A DNA stretch of 64,000 nucleotides from Chrysomallon squamiferum (taxonomy: Eukaryota; Animalia; Mollusca), in assembly GCA_012295275.1 (NCBI GenBank), contig CM022665.1, forward strand, positions 36,084,001 through 36,148,000, in the 5' to 3' direction. The position numbers were made by a program, and so were the translations under genes. The notes below the pieces were generated by a model that was given only the letters and a program-made list of their open reading frames with translations, was not told the DNA's origin and made no database searches. The stretch's first letter is position 1. Each line of letters starts with the position of its first letter. Of this stretch, positions 1-16,260 are shown piece after piece.

Positions 1-202
1 CAGGGATGACACTGATGTTATATCATACCGAACTATTTTGTTTATTTCACAATGGCTTATTATAGTTATTAACCATCCACATATTTCACATTAAATGTCT
101 TACGTTACATAACCCATGGCATACTTCACAAACTATTTGGTTAAATGTGTCATTATTTAATCATAACATCAGTTGTTTTTGTTGTTGTTGTTTTTTCTCT
201 CT

Positions 203-265
<63 letters not shown>

Positions 266-570
266 TTTTTTATTTTATTTACTTATTCATTTATTTATTT
301 ATTTTTTTATTTTATTTTATTGTTGATGTTTTTTTGCAAATTACGTTTGGTACTGACACACATTAAATACAAAAATACGCCTACGTACTGAGATGTCACT
401 CTGTATTATCTCAACAGGACAAACAGATGTCTTGATACCGATTAACACAGTTTTGTCGACATTCATCAAATGACACACAACGACTTTAAGTCGTCGTTGC
501 AGTATTGTTCCGATTTAACACGTTAAACCACTTTTCATAGCCACAGACAGTGTGACCTTAGTACAGCAAT

Positions 571-890
571 GTTGTTGCCAACGTTCCAAATACTGCTTTA
601 ATACATGTACGTTGTTGTTGACGTTACAAGTATAATTTTAATATAGGTTCGTTGTTGTCGACAATACAAATACAATTTTAATACAGGTAGGTTGTTGTCG
701 ACGTTACAAGCATAATTGTAATACAGGTTCGTTGTCGTCGACATAACAAGTATAACTAATGCATGTAGGTTGTTGTCGATATTTTAAGTATAATTATAAT
801 ACAGGTTCGTTGTTGTCGACGTTACAAATGTAATATTAAAACAGGTAAGTTGGTGCCAACTGTAGTCGTAAGACAAATATTTGTTGCCAA
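571..890. repeat. 40-bp minisatellite, ~8 diverged copies
   Basis: gttgttgtcgac-type unit starts at 571, 611, 651, 691, 731, 769, 809, 849. Confidence 0.9.
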
Positions 891-1347
891 CATTCCTTAC
901 AATATGTACGTTGTTGTGACCTTAGTACATGTTGTTGCTGCTGACGTTCCAAGCAAAGGTTAAAGTTTTAGTTACTGCTGAGTGCATGTAGTTCATTTGA
1001 TTTTTTCTCCCTTCCTTTGATTCGTTTTCTTCTTCCGTTTTCCTTCTTTATTATTTTATTTTCGTCTTTGTGATTTCTTTCTTCTTTGTAAAATGATGAA
1101 CACAATCAAAGAAAGAAATTATCAGAACTATTTGAAAATATTTGCCACAAGGGTATCATTTTTTTTTAAAGCAACAACAGCTGCAGACAGTGATAATGTT
1201 GATGACTACGGTGAAATGAAAAAAAGAAAAGAAAAGAGTAATGTCTAAAAAGATAATAAATGAAAACCACAAGAAAACAACGTAAAAAAAAGAAACAACA
1301 ACAAAATAACAAAGCTCCACAATCATTTTATAGATTATGGTTTTTTG

Positions 1348-1379
<32 letters not shown>

Positions 1380-1579
1380 GATACACACATGCACATACAC
1401 AGACATACACACATATTAAATTGCTGTAGTCAAATAACAGACATAAATTATTCAATTCGTTCATTTGTAGAAATCTATTAAATAAAGAAACTTTTTTATA
1501 TATATTCAGGGGAGAGAGAGAGAGACACTCAGACAGCAGACAGAGAGACAGAATGATAGAGAGAAAGAGACAGATACAC

Positions 1580-1700
<121 letters not shown>

Positions 1701-4700
1701 CGGCAGTAAACCTTAACCTTTGAGAGGCATAATAACCAGTAATACCAGTAGTGTAATAATTATATTCTATTGTCACCGTTCATCTATTAATTTTGTTTCA
1801 CCAGTTTTTATTATTTTTAATTACTATCTTCTGATTAATTCATCCTCCTCTAACCCCAGGTATCTGAGTGTTGAACAAAGCAGCGACTGCATAAAAGCAC
1901 TATCCTCAGTCACATCATTGTTAACTTTCGTTTATTCTCTTTCATAAACCATTTGCTTGGAAAAATTAACGTTACGGTTATAGTAAATTATAACATATAT
2001 ACTTGAAAGCCAAAGTAGCTAAACATAATAAAAATGATACATAATCGAAGACATGCATCAAAAGCATTCTGCACAGGGATAGATTAATGTTTAAAATACT
2101 GCAGTACGAACCTAACGTGTATGTCAACGTTTCTTATTATTTTCTCTATTTTTATTATAATTATCATGAAATTTAATTATTATTATTTTTGTTATTAATT
2201 TGTTGTTGTTGCTGCTGTTGTTTCTTCTGTTCATGTTATAATTATTTGTTAAACCACCGGAACTTTCAAAATATTTTAATGAATTAAATGTTATAGAATT
2301 ATCGCGTGTCACATTTATTCTGTGGGCGAATATACATCCGCATATGGAGATTAATCTGTACGGTTCCAGAAAACCAGTATTAATTACTAGTTGTGTTGTA
2401 TGTTGTTGTTAACTCGAGTAGTCTTAACAAAACCTTCACCATGAAGAAAATTCTGCGGTCACGAAAATAAACAATCAATATAAAATAAGCCGATCCAGCA
2501 TGTAAAAAGAACGTATTTCTTTTGGCGAGTGTAAATTTCGAGATGAAATGACGTTCGATAAGAAGGTGAAGAAGAAAAAATACAACAACAATAATAATAA
2601 TAATAAGTGAAGCAAAAACAACAACAAATAATAATGAAAACAGATTTTCCAAAACAACAGTGTCGCGTACGACTAGACTTCATTAGTAACATTTCTCGCG
2701 AGACACGTTCAACAATAGTCCGTTTTGTCTATCAGCGGTTACAGCGAGCTGAGACTTATATTTATACATAATTAATAAAGATGTCTTAATAAGCAAAGGC
2801 AGGTGCGTAGAAAACAAATTTATAATTATAGATTCCTGACCTTAGTTTGCATATACATTCACTGGTACCAGGTACTAGTTGCGCGTTATTCCACGTAATG
2901 ATGATCAATGATTAATGAAGTTTGAGGGGCTTTAGAACTATACTATTTGTAGTATATTATAATAATAATAATCATAATAATAACAGATAAATAAATAAAG
3001 ATTTATTATCACGCGAAGAAAATAAAAATGTCTTCATGTTGACAGAAACACAAAGGGAAAGAACTCTTGTCTAAAACACATTTAAAATATTCTGATTAAT
3101 TTGTTTTTAATAACAATAAAAAAAATAAAAGCTCACGATTTGTCTTCAGTTATACTATAACTTACAGATCTAGAACATCTTCTTATCTTACGTTTAGAGA
3201 CGACAGATGTCATTTTTGTTTTAATTCTCGCGCAGTACGAACTCCTAGTATAAAAGCCGCAGCTGATCTGTCTACTAATTACATCTACTAACAAACACGT
3301 GCTGGCATAACTCGAAAGTATTTTCATTATCAGTACAATCTTCTTTTTTTAACAATAAAAATAAAATTCACATGAAGAGAATATTGTGGTTGTTGTTGGT
3401 GCTGTTATGTAGATTATTACTACTGACTATCTTATTTATTTTTTGTTTTTGTCTTCTTATTATTGTTACGAGTATTATTATTTTATTATTGAAAAACAAG
3501 ACAGTATATATTACTAAACATACAGGCAAAACGGCAACGATGCTTCACAAAGCAGAATCATTATTGATTTATAAACTAGTTTACAGACACATTTAACATC
3601 AAAAGGATAAGCTAAATTACCTTAAATGCTCAGACGAATTATGAAACAATAGCGTCTACAGATTTAAAAGAACACAATAATATATGTATAAAAGCTGCTT
3701 AGACAACTACGACAAAAAAAGAAAAGAATACAATACATCAAACCATAGGACTGCATTCGATTTTCCATGTTGTGTACTATGTGAGTGGTTGTTAGTATAT
3801 ATATCTGTGTATAAGCATTTGTTTTGTGTGTATGTGCCTGTGTATTTACAAGTATCTGCGTTAATACCGCTACAATTAATAATGTTCCGAATTTCAAAAT
3901 CAGCCTCATCTTGAGAAATGTATATATAAATACCCTCTTAACTTGGAAATACATACATCTGTGTACATATATATATACATGCACACACACATAAACACAC
4001 ACATATTATCATACACACATGTATGTACCTATCTAAGTTTGTGGGTGTGTATGTATGTATGTAGACGCACACCACTACGTACACTAAATAAATTGTACCT
4101 GTCTCTCTATATATGCACATTAATTGTATAAATATATACATTCTCGAATGTTAGTGCAATCACAAGTGCCGAGCCACTTAATGGCAGAATGTTTTCCAGT
4201 CTCTCAGTATAAACAAACACTAAACCTGCATCGATTTTAACCAAGAAGCACCATCGACCACGAGAATGTCAAAACAATTATAACCTTGGAGTCTCTTAAT
4301 CGCAACCTTTGGGTAAACGCAGGCTAAACTGACCAATCAGAATCCAGGATACACACGACAGCAATGGGTGCTTCAGGGTAACGCTTCTTTCGATTTAAAT
4401 GCACCAAGACAGCGGTTGTAAGAAATATAATTACTAGCTATAGAGAGACGAGTATTCTAGCAGATGTTGTAGACTTGGAAGATATCATGATAAGTAAATA
4501 GCGTATAAGCATAAACAACAAACCAATACTTTACTGACAAAAAACACAAAAAAAAAAACAACAACAAACAAACAAAAAAAAAAACCCAGAAACACCCCAA
4601 GAATAACCCACAAACAAAACAAAACAAAAACAACAACAACAAAATTAACTTGGTTTATTGAGTATTACTATCATATTTTATTTTTAAATTGAAACATGTA

Positions 4701-5744
4701 CCAGACAGTTAGTTAACTTAATAAATTATTAATGTTTCACCGTCCTTTTACGTGATTAAAAAAAAAAAAAAAAAAATTAAACTGCAAAATAAAGAATAAT
4801 TAAATATAAATAATCAGTATATAAATAATAAAACAAAAATAAATAAATAAATAAGTAAATAAATAAATAAATGTATGAATGAACGAACGAACGAACGAAC
4901 GAACTAATCAATAAATAACTGTGCCAAAGGGGAAAAAATCAACGAACGAATTAGAATAAATATAAATAAATTCACACAAACACATATACATATCCACATA
5001 TACATGCATACATGCATACACATACATAAACACATACACCCACACCCACCAACTGTAGCGAAAAGAAAATTCACATTCACTATTGACTGTATCGAATGTT
5101 TTTCTAGCCAAGAAAAGAATAAAAGACAGACCATTGACATCTCACATAATTAAACTAACAACAACTCTTACAACTGATCTAACCTATATTTGTAAGCTTT
5201 CATCTGAAATGGGCTTTTCAGGGAATATGATTGGGTTCGTGTGATGCTAGATATTCCCGTCAAGCAAAACGGTCTACATCCAGCTTTCAGAAAAGAAAAA
5301 GAAAGAAAAAGCCTTGGAAATGCCAAAATGTCTTCATTATTCGCAAAGGAATCTTTGAGGAAGATGTGGATGCACTGGCGAGGCAGAATCTGAAATCTGT
5401 CCAATGAAACATGACTTAGACGTCCAAAAATAAAATCCATTTATAAAAGACAAGCTTTTCTCTGGAGTGACAAATGACCATGGCCAAAATGGGATACATT
5501 CTCTGATGATATTTTTGTATGTTTTAACAAGAAAAATATTTATAAAAAATAAAAATAAAAAAGTTATGTTTAAGTTAGAAATGGAAATCCTTTATGTTAA
5601 ATGTCACTGTCTGATCTCGACTTAAAGATGTGACAGTTAAAACATGAAAATATAAAAAAATATTTTAAAAGTTGTCTTCCAGGACGGTGATTTGAATAGA
5701 ATGCAGTGAAAATTATCTGAATATCATTATATATCGATTATATT

Positions 5745-5965
<221 letters not shown>

Positions 5966-5996
5966 TTAACTTGATATAATTAAGTTTGTTAATCCC

Positions 5997-6038
<42 letters not shown>

Positions 6039-7811
6039 AGTTATTATCAACCAGTAAGAAAAAAGAAATCAGATTTATAAAAATGTCAGTCAGCATCGAT
6101 AATATATTAAAAAATCTTTAATTTATTTTAATTTAATTTTCCTTAGTTTTCCTTAGAAACTATAACAGAAGTATTTTAATTTCACATATAAGTAATAGTT
6201 CTGATGATAAAGCATGTTCACACTGTAAGTGAAGTACAGAAGAAATAGTTTCATCTTGAAATCAGTAGTGAAAGAACGCATTTGATATAATATTAAACAA
6301 TTTACGTGTCTTGCGGATATTAAAATCAGCTTTATTAAAAATATATAATAACAAATAATGTGCATTGCTCCTAGAAGATAATATTTGTCTTACTTGTGTG
6401 TCTTAATTTAAACTTCTCGTCTATTTCCCATGACTAAAGAACATTTGTTAAAAAATATAACTGTTAAAAATAGATATTAAAGTACATATCCTACAGGGAA
6501 TTATTAAACTGGAAATTCAATTTTAATATATATATATATATTTATAAAAATCAATAATTATAAAGAGAAAATGGGTAGAGATAGAAGAAAAAACAAAAAG
6601 AACAACAACCCCAAAACAAATAAATAGACAGATAAATAGATAAATAAACAAATAAACAAATTCTCTAACAGGAATACAAGCAGTTGTTACAATGTTGATG
6701 CTAGAAGTAACAAATAGATAAAATTTCGGCAACAGAATTAAAAACACGTAGGCGTCATGTTTATGCTTCAGCATGATGACAAAATCAAATGTCTTTTTTT
6801 TTTTTTTTTTTTTAAAAAGTACTCGTTAAAACAAAAGTACGTTTCACTAGGGCGGTCTTTAAAACAAACTTCCAGGTTTAAAAAAATATAAAGAAGACAA
6901 AAGTATGACAGACTTATAAATAGCCAGTGATAAAAGATAGGAACAACTTTAATCAACTGAAAAAGATTACATGAAAATTAAGAAAAATTTAATCTGGATC
7001 ATTTTTATCCCAGGTTCAGACATTATTGAAATTAAGGAAAACTTAATTTATTCACGCACAAGAGCGCACGCACGCACACACAATAACACACATGCACGGG
7101 CGCACACACACATGTATTTGTATTTATGTTTGTTTGTGCATGTTTGTGTCTCTGTGTCTTTTGCATGTGTGTACCTGTGTGTCTAATGCATTATAACGTA
7201 ATGTACGCATATATTCAAACATGCATGTACGTACACTCGAAAATATACGTAAGTTATATGCATGTTGGCATACACATATCTAGTAACCTATTAAACCGAA
7301 TTTACTTTTAAGACTGTGATCGCAGCATAACATCAGAGATTCACATTTAACACGTAAAAAGCATTGTTTGTTGTGACGGACAGTCTTAGCTGAAAACTGG
7401 TGAATCCTTTTGACTTCGCCACAGCGTCAGTGGTTTCTGTTTTCAGACGACACTGTCAAAAGGCAGCAAACAATGCGACGAACGAAGAAACACTTTGAGA
7501 TCTCGAATCCACGTGAGAATTACAGACTCAGGAATAATGTAATGGCAAGACGACTAATTACACTTGCAGTTCCTAAAATCGATTTTATTTTTACTGGATA
7601 GAAATATGTACGTAATATTTAAGAAATACGTCAGTACGTTTACAGATAATTACGTGATATTCTAACAAATACGTCAGTGCATATAGAAATGTGTACATAA
7701 TATTATTATAAGAAAATCGTGAATATATATATTACCGAAATCGTAATAGGTTCTAAATGCTAAGGTCATTCTTTTTAAGTTTTGTTCATTTGAAACGTCA
7801 AAAAAAAATAA

Positions 7812-7856
<45 letters not shown>

Positions 7857-8089
7857 TAATCTTTCTTAAAACATATTTATGTAAATATGATTTGTGAAAG
7901 CTAATAAAAGATCATTTATTTTTCCTTTTATGTTTTGAAAAAGTTTTTCGTAGTCATGACAACAAGTGAATGATAAAAGAACAACAATAATAGAAACAAT
8001 CACAATAACAAGAGAGTTTTTTCTATCACTTAGATAATCTGAAATGAGAGTATGTGGGAGAGAGTCAGCGAGAGAGAGCGAGTGAGTGG

Positions 8090-8209
<120 letters not shown>

Positions 8210-10421
8210 GTGAGTGAGTCTAGTGTGCTGTACGGAATGACCGCCGATGAGAACTGACTCTGTGACCAGAGCATCACTGAGTAAGAGACAGCTTGATATA
8301 TTTAAGTAAATAACTAATTTGGATTCAGAAACAATCGATAGAGACGTCATAATAATTCAGAAACACCGTTATGTTATAACGAATACCCATATGCACGTAG
8401 AAAGAATGACGGACTGTTTTATTTATTGTAATCGAGACAGCAAATAGAGTTAAATATGAAATATATATAAATAACAGCGATGTGTACATATCGGTCACAC
8501 ATCTGCCTACAACATACAAAACGCTGTAGTTACAACAAAGATGAAAAATGCTGTTATTTATGAAGTACCGTAATTCGTCATAATTGGGCACTGATTATTA
8601 CGTTAAATTTCTGATAACACCATCACTCAAAAACGCTACCGAAGTAGAGTGAGATGTAGATATAACGCTATTTTTAATTTATTTTTTTAAATTATTATTA
8701 TTTTTAAAGCCTTAATATGGAAAAGGACACTTGGTATTATCACAAATATTTAGGAGTTTCATCTGATTATGAACACGCACGCAGGAATAACAAAGGAAAA
8801 CTCATAATTTGACCGTTCTGTGTAGTAATTATTTCTGACACGATACCCACTGACAACTATCGATGCGTGCTGTTTGATACAAAGTTCAAGTGAACGATAC
8901 ATCAACGATATATACAGTCATTTCTGACTGATAAACATTTGTATCTGTAAATTATTTTCTACGTTGTTCTGCTTTAGCCAACAACATCATAATATATGAT
9001 TTGTATCTGTCAAATGTACTTGTTATTTAGTGCTTTGTAAATATTTATTTAAATTTAGACATATTGGATTTACTTCTTTGCATGTGTGTATGTGTATGTA
9101 TGCGTACGTAATTTGCACTATATATGTATGTTTATATAAACGGATGGATGGATGTAGCGAAGGATGAATGAAGAATATATGCTGTATGTGAAAAAATATG
9201 TGTATATAATTGTGTGTGTGTGTGTGTGTCTGTCTGTCTGTCTCTGTGTGGATAAACACTGAGTACACTCTTGTAAACATTCATAGTCGGATACCCAGAG
9301 AAAAATAAAGTTCATCGATGTGATTTATATTATTAAGTTCAGCATCCTCTAAAGAACTTTATTTGAAAATCCAATTAACCACGACCATTCTTGTCGTTGT
9401 AAAACATGCATGAATTCAGTTTCTTTCGTGTAACATGCACGTAACGTTGGTTTATAGCAACAGTGCCATTTGTTTTACAAGAGGCGGTCGATAGCTTTGT
9501 GTTTACAAGAAAGGCGACCTTGGAAGACTTAATTTACTTCAACTGTTTGAAAAAGGTGTCTGGTCGGTAGTGGAAAATTAAATTCAAATTACCTTAGTTT
9601 TTCTGTTTTACACTCCTATTTATATTTGTTAAAAAATTAATCTAGATAGACTGAGCAATTGACGTAATTTACAGATGTTGGTCCATTATAATGGACAGAA
9701 ATTTCAATAAATGAATTAATGAACGAATGTATTAAGTAATATTAAAGACAAAACAAATCGTAATAAATAACAATGAACAGTAAAAAAGAAAAAAAGAAAA
9801 AAACAACGTTGTTATCTTTCAACAAATTCATCCAGAAATACAAATATTCAGAATGTTTGCCTGATGTCCAATGGACTGTTTTATCAAAGATCCATGGCGT
9901 GTGTCGTCCTGAAAAATATACCTTGCTACTAAGTAGATAGGAATAAAACATGAAGGGTCATTATTAAAAACCATACATTACACGTAAGTACTAAAAACGT
10001 GCTGAAATGTCATTAAACAAATATTCATTGATACATTTATGAGAACGATGACCTAAAAGCTCTCGTCTTTTGCCCACTTGCACGTCCAGAAAAGACAGTC
10101 GCAAGCAATAAAGAAAAATCCACAAAACCAATACTATGCTAGACATGAAAAACATTGCAAGTGTCATTTTGTCCTCTAATTATAGGTAGGGAAATTTCTA
10201 CGGTAATTGCTTCGTCCCAATTTTCGCCTGCCGGTCGATGCGTCTAACACATATTATTGAGACTGACAATCTGCAGACTGTTCAATTATACACACCTTTT
10301 TATCTCTCTTTGTTGTTATAGCCATTGGTTAATATGTACAATATTATTACTGATGTTGTTATTATGATTATTATTATTATAGCTGTTATTACAACTACTA
10401 TTACTATTACTTTTAATAACA

Positions 10422-10458
<37 letters not shown>

Positions 10459-10676
10459 CAACAACAACAATGAGAAGAACAATAAAACAATAAAACTTAA
10501 ACAAAATAAAATAACAACAGCAGCAGCAATAACAACAGTAATATCTAATATCTCTCGCCTTCTCTCAATCTCTCTCTCTGTCTCTTTTCGTCCCTGTATG
10601 TGTCTCTCTCTCCCTCCCCTCTCTGTCTACCTCGCTCCCCGTTCTATATCTCCGTTTCTCGGTCTCTCTCTTTGAC

Positions 10677-10787
<111 letters not shown>

Positions 10788-11763
10788 TTTCTCTCTGTGT
10801 CGCTGTCTTTCTCCGAAGAAAGTGTTTTTTTTTTTTTTTTTTTATATGACAAACATAACAGTCTTTCCTAGAAACTGTAATAACATCGTTTGTGTAAGTG
10901 TCACTTGCGACGCATTCAACATCGCCCACGTAGTTCTACAGTAACCATGTAGTCAATCATCGTATTGTATATTTATTTCTTGAAAAAGAATCAGTGCCAC
11001 TAAATGTAGAGCTTTGGTATTGTTTTCACTGCTGAATATTTATGTATGTATTTATGTCAATGTTTGTGTGTGTGTGTGTGTATATGTATGTGTGCGTGTA
11101 TCTAAATATTTATATATATACTTATATGTGTATGCATGTATGTATGTATGTATGTATGTATGTATCTATGTATGTATGTATATGTGTGTATGAACGTATG
11201 TCTGTAACTATGTTTGTATATTTACATATCTTCCTCTCGCTCTCTTTCAGTCTTTCTTCTGTCGACTGCTTCATATTTATTCACTGCTTCACAGTTATCT
11301 AAGAAAATATCTCGCAAATCCATACGTATGTTCGCGAATTTGCACGTGCTTTTCAAGTTCTCCATACGTCTTTCTTTTTCTCTTAACAGTAATTATTATA
11401 ATCAGACGAAAAAGAAACGCTAATCCACAAGAAAGTAAATGCATGTAAAATCAACTATAAATTTTACATAAAGGCTGGGACTTGAACTAATGAAATTTTG
11501 CTGAGCACGTATTTGTAATTGATAATCTGCAAATAGCGACTGAAGAAACGAAAAGACCTAACCTATATAAAGGTGTCTGTGAGAAGACCAAAAGACAAGG
11601 AAAGATAATTAAAACTATAGAAATGGCGGAGTGATCGATAACATGGATGTAAACTGTAATTAAATGCCCTCGTTTTAATTCGCATGCTTTTGGAATACAG
11701 AGGAGTAATGATATTCTCTCTATATAAAATAAATATATATTAATATATATATATATATATATA

Positions 11764-11819
<56 letters not shown>

Positions 11820-13379
11820 ATAATGGAGTGAGATAGATTATATTGCTATTATTATTATTATTATTTTAACTATTGTTTTAGCAGTGGTTGTTGTTTCGTT
11901 TCAGATATTACGGTTGCTGTTGTAATTACTAAGACCGTGTTGCCGATGACTGTATTTACAACAACATCACAAAACAATAATATTTTTAAAACCTCCAAAA
12001 TTCCAAAGAACAATAATAATAAGATAAAATAACACTAATAAAGAATAACAATGACGATATCGTTTTGGAGATAGTCATATATCCAAATAAGTAATCACCG
12101 CTATTCAGTTATCTTTATTTCTATGTAATTGGATAAAATTACCTTCGTTCATCTTCAATAATAATTGTTTAGATACGTTAACAAGCATAAAAATACACAC
12201 TTTACGGATTATTAGAAGAACGTATCCTGTTTTTCCACCGTCTCTGTTTCATGTTGGGCTTTCACCCTTACTAAACGCAGGCCTAACTACCGGATTTCGT
12301 CTAATAATTACACCCACAGTAATACCAACTAGCTTCGTTTCACTTCGTGTATTCATAATTGCCATTGATTATTTGTTTTCAGCGAAGACCAGCATTGCCT
12401 TCTGGTATAACCTGTTCTAGATTATGAATTTCATTTAATGAGTCAGTGAAACACTCACACACAGATGATTAATTAGACAGACAGTCAGACAGATAGATGA
12501 ATAGCGAGATAGATAGTGAAACAAATATATAAACAGATAGATAGAGAGCGAGAAATAGGTGAAAATATTTCAGATAGATAGACAAATAAAAATGACCAAT
12601 AAGTTTTTAAAGCTGTATTATCTCTCTATTTCTGCTGCTCTCTGTCTCTCTCTCTGTCTCTGGATGTCTCTGTATTTGTATCTCTCTCACCGTGTTTCTG
12701 TCTAATAAATATAAATATGTTATCATGCCACGTTAATCAATACTAATCTTTAGCTCACAGTGGAAATCGATGTCAGATTGTGTTAACTACCTTTCACCTG
12801 TTGAACTGAGATGCAAATCACTTAGTAGGTGAGAAAGTCTAAGAAACATGTCGTTACTATTGACATTTTTCACATTACTCGTGGTAAAATAAACTGTAAG
12901 AACAACAACTATAATATATACGGTATAGAGTGTTTAGATAAAAATATTCAGTTTTAGAATTATTGGTATTATTACGTTCTTGAATTTTTTGCTGTGGCTT
13001 ATGGTAAGTATATAACATATATATTGCATTGTTTAAATTATATTTCGGGTTTGGACACCACCACATCATACATCAATTCATACACTTCCAGATATCTTTT
13101 CTCTGTCTTTCTCATAAACACAGTTACACACAATGCCACTCATAGATACATAAATACATATAAATATTATGCCCACACATACATACATACATACGTACGT
13201 ACGTACGTACGTAGTACGTACATTATACATACATACACAAACATCTACACAAAGCACATTCAACATCAAAGAACGTATAATCTTCACAAAATAATGTCTC
13301 TTTATAAAAAATGAATACAAAATTCGAACATGAAACAGTCCTATTTAGCCTATCATTTTTTTTTTTTCTCCTTCTCTTT

Positions 13380-14043
13380 CTTTACCAATCAGCAGCAGTA
13401 ACAGCACGTCTCTTTTTAATCTTTCTAAGTGCTATTTTCCTCAATAAAAACCAGCACATGACGACAACCGCCACGTTCAGCTGCCAAAACAGAACAGACC
13501 GGGTATACTTATTAAATCAAAGTCTATCGATTTTTAGTTCTGATTTTTCTTCCTTTTCTTTTTGGTTTTTGTTTTCAGCGAATCGAATCTCACACAACAT
13601 TTATCAATACATACAATATATAATAACAAGCAGCGGATGGACATCTGGTCACGTGACACTGGAACCCAGTGCCATAACGCCGCCAATCAAATGTTTCCAT
13701 GATAACATTGCGAAAGCTTGGTTGTATCTCTATGCAGTCTGCTTGACAACAAGCCTTGCTTTGTCGCATTGTAGGCTTCCATCGCGTATGGCGAAAAGCA
13801 TATCAGCCAATATAGGTTATTTTTCACTTACTTTTTCTATTTTTCTTTTTAAGAAAGATTTTCTGGGAAATCAGAAAGACAATGTGAAATGTATGCATTG
13901 TGTCAAACGTGGATGACGTCGGTGGATTAGGTAACATTGCAATTGTATCGTTGGAAAAGATACGCACAAAAAACCACAAAAAAACAAGAACAACAAACAA
14001 GTCGTTCTCAAGAGGATATTACCGAAGAGGGATTAATATTCAG
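13380..14043 (+). promoter_or_regulatory. Candidate promoter and non-coding first exon (possibly of the synaptotagmin gene)
   Basis: CCAAT at 13385 and 13683, palindrome GTCACGTGAC at 13648-13657, TGACGTC at 13914-13920, locally CpG-rich, ending in a perfect donor CAG|GTAAGT (GT at 14044). The Syt ATG exon has an acceptor, so an upstream exon is expected. The link between the two is inferred. Confidence 0.4.
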
Positions 14044-14993
14044 GTAAGTCAGATGATTTATTTGTAATGACATAAGTAGCGATATGTTTTATGTATGCGT
14101 ATAAAGACATATCAAAGACTGACAGATATACAGACAAACTGTATACATCTTCATAATTATACAAACACATACACACATGTTATAAACTAATTAAAATAAA
14201 AACTGCTGGTGTTTCAGAGAGAAAGACGAGGTTAAATAAATGAATGAATGAATAAAAAGAAAAGAACAGAAGAAAATGTACGTTTAATACGTTTTCCATT
14301 AACCTCATAATATAACACTTTTACCATTTTAATTAAATTTATTAACCTAAATGTTTGTTATTGTTTGTTTGTTGTTGTTTTTTTTTTGTTTTTTTTGTTG
14401 TTATTTTTGTTTTTATTATAGAGAAACTTTGGTTTTAAACGTGTAAACACATATATACAACAAATACATACAGAAACAAACAAACACACATAAGAAAACA
14501 TACATACACATAAACAAACTAACACATATATACAAACAGACACATACATACATACAAACAGACAGACAAACATACCGGCAAATACATGTGAACTGAGTAG
14601 AAGCTGATTTAAAAAACAAGACAGGTTGAACGAATTGTCCACTAATAACTTGTGAATTATCGGAATTGTCATAACAGCAGTACAAAATGATAAAGTAAAT
14701 ATTTCTCCTTTGTGATTCACAGAGCAGCGGCTTGACGGTCATATACTGTGAATAGGAAAATTGCTTTTTGATGAACCCAGTACTAATAGACGTCATTTTA
14801 GGTCAGGATTCGCATGGTTAGGTTTAATACGATCCATTGAGAACAAAATATGTAATTATTCCGTCAATACAAATGCCACATCACAATCATATGTTAAAAA
14901 GTATGAGTACTGTTGTGGATGAACTAGCGTGGGTTTTCTACGTTCTTAAGATAACGAATGGTTTTCCCTCATTCTTAAGGGCATTCCCGTGTG

Positions 14994-15033
<40 letters not shown>

Positions 15034-16228
15034 CGTGTGTTTTTATTTGTGTATGTTTATGTGTGTGTATTTATGTATATTAGCAATTATCAGAAGGGAT
15101 TTTCAGATCCTCTTATAATTTTTTTTTTTTAATTTAATGGGGTTTTTTAAATTATTTTTTTTTTTTTTTTTATCGGACCGCCTCATAAATGGAAATACAC
15201 TGTATATAAATATATATATATATATATATGTGTGTGTATGTGTTACATATATACGTAAATATTGCAGCGAAAGACTTATCAATCAGTATTGTAGGTAAAT
15301 AAACTGACATATTCAGCGAGGGATGGGCTGATCACCTGTAAGTGAGCGGGTTTCACGTTTCATTCAGGTTATTTTCTGATGCTGTTCTAGACGCTCAAAC
15401 CGCGTGTTGTTAAACAGCCAGTGCGAACCCGGGGTATTAGAAAGGTTGGGATATCACGACTCTTTCTAATTTTATGATAAAAAAAAAGAAAGAAATAGAA
15501 GATGATGAAGAATAAAAGCAACTAAAACTCCCACAATAAACAAAGAAAAGAAGATAATTATGATGATGATGATGATAATAATAATAATAATGATTATTAT
15601 GATAATGATGATAATTTTGATATAAATAAATATTTAAATGAGTAAACAAACAATTAAACAGACAAATAAATTAACAAACAAGGAAGCAAGCAGGAAAACA
15701 AACAAAATAAATAAATAAATAAATTATCCTGCAATGTAGAGAAAATAAAAAAGAATTTACTGCTTATTAGAGCAATCAGTGATTAGAAATACCTGTCACA
15801 GACAGATATTCAAACTGATGCCTGGCAGCATGACGACCAGAACAAATATAACACTTTTCAGTTAAACACAGTTTTGATTGAAACTGAGCGCTTCAGAACG
15901 ACTGCGGTAAAATATTATATGCTGCTTATTCTGGTAGAAGTAGTATTAATAACTTTATGTTTAATTTTTTCATGCTTGTTTTTATGTCAAAACGAGCACA
16001 ATTAAATTGCATGCATGCTTACATAAGAAGTCAAGTATCGTTTATATTTGATTTTAGAATAAGATTTATTAACTCACTCTTCAAAAAGTAAAAAAAAGGA
16101 AAAAATAAAAAAAATAAAAACAACAAAACAAAACAACCCCCCCAAAAAGAACAACAAAACAACAGCAAACAAAACAACAATAACAAGTATATAAAAAAAA
16201 AAACACACACACCAAAAACAAACAAGAA

Positions 16229-16260
<32 letters not shown>

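Noticed and set aside
571-890. CRISPR-like appearance of regular repeats
   Set aside because: Whole unit repeats with no unique spacers, eukaryotic context, no cas genes.
5200-5400. Possible LINE 3'-end relic (similar impression at ~26450-26600 on the minus strand)
   Set aside because: Only vague resemblance to the RTE C-terminal GRP...W region; cannot be supported without an HMM search.
13311-13916. 201-aa plus-strand ORF
   Set aside because: No recognisable homology and low-complexity F/S/L bias; overlaps a promoter-like region instead.
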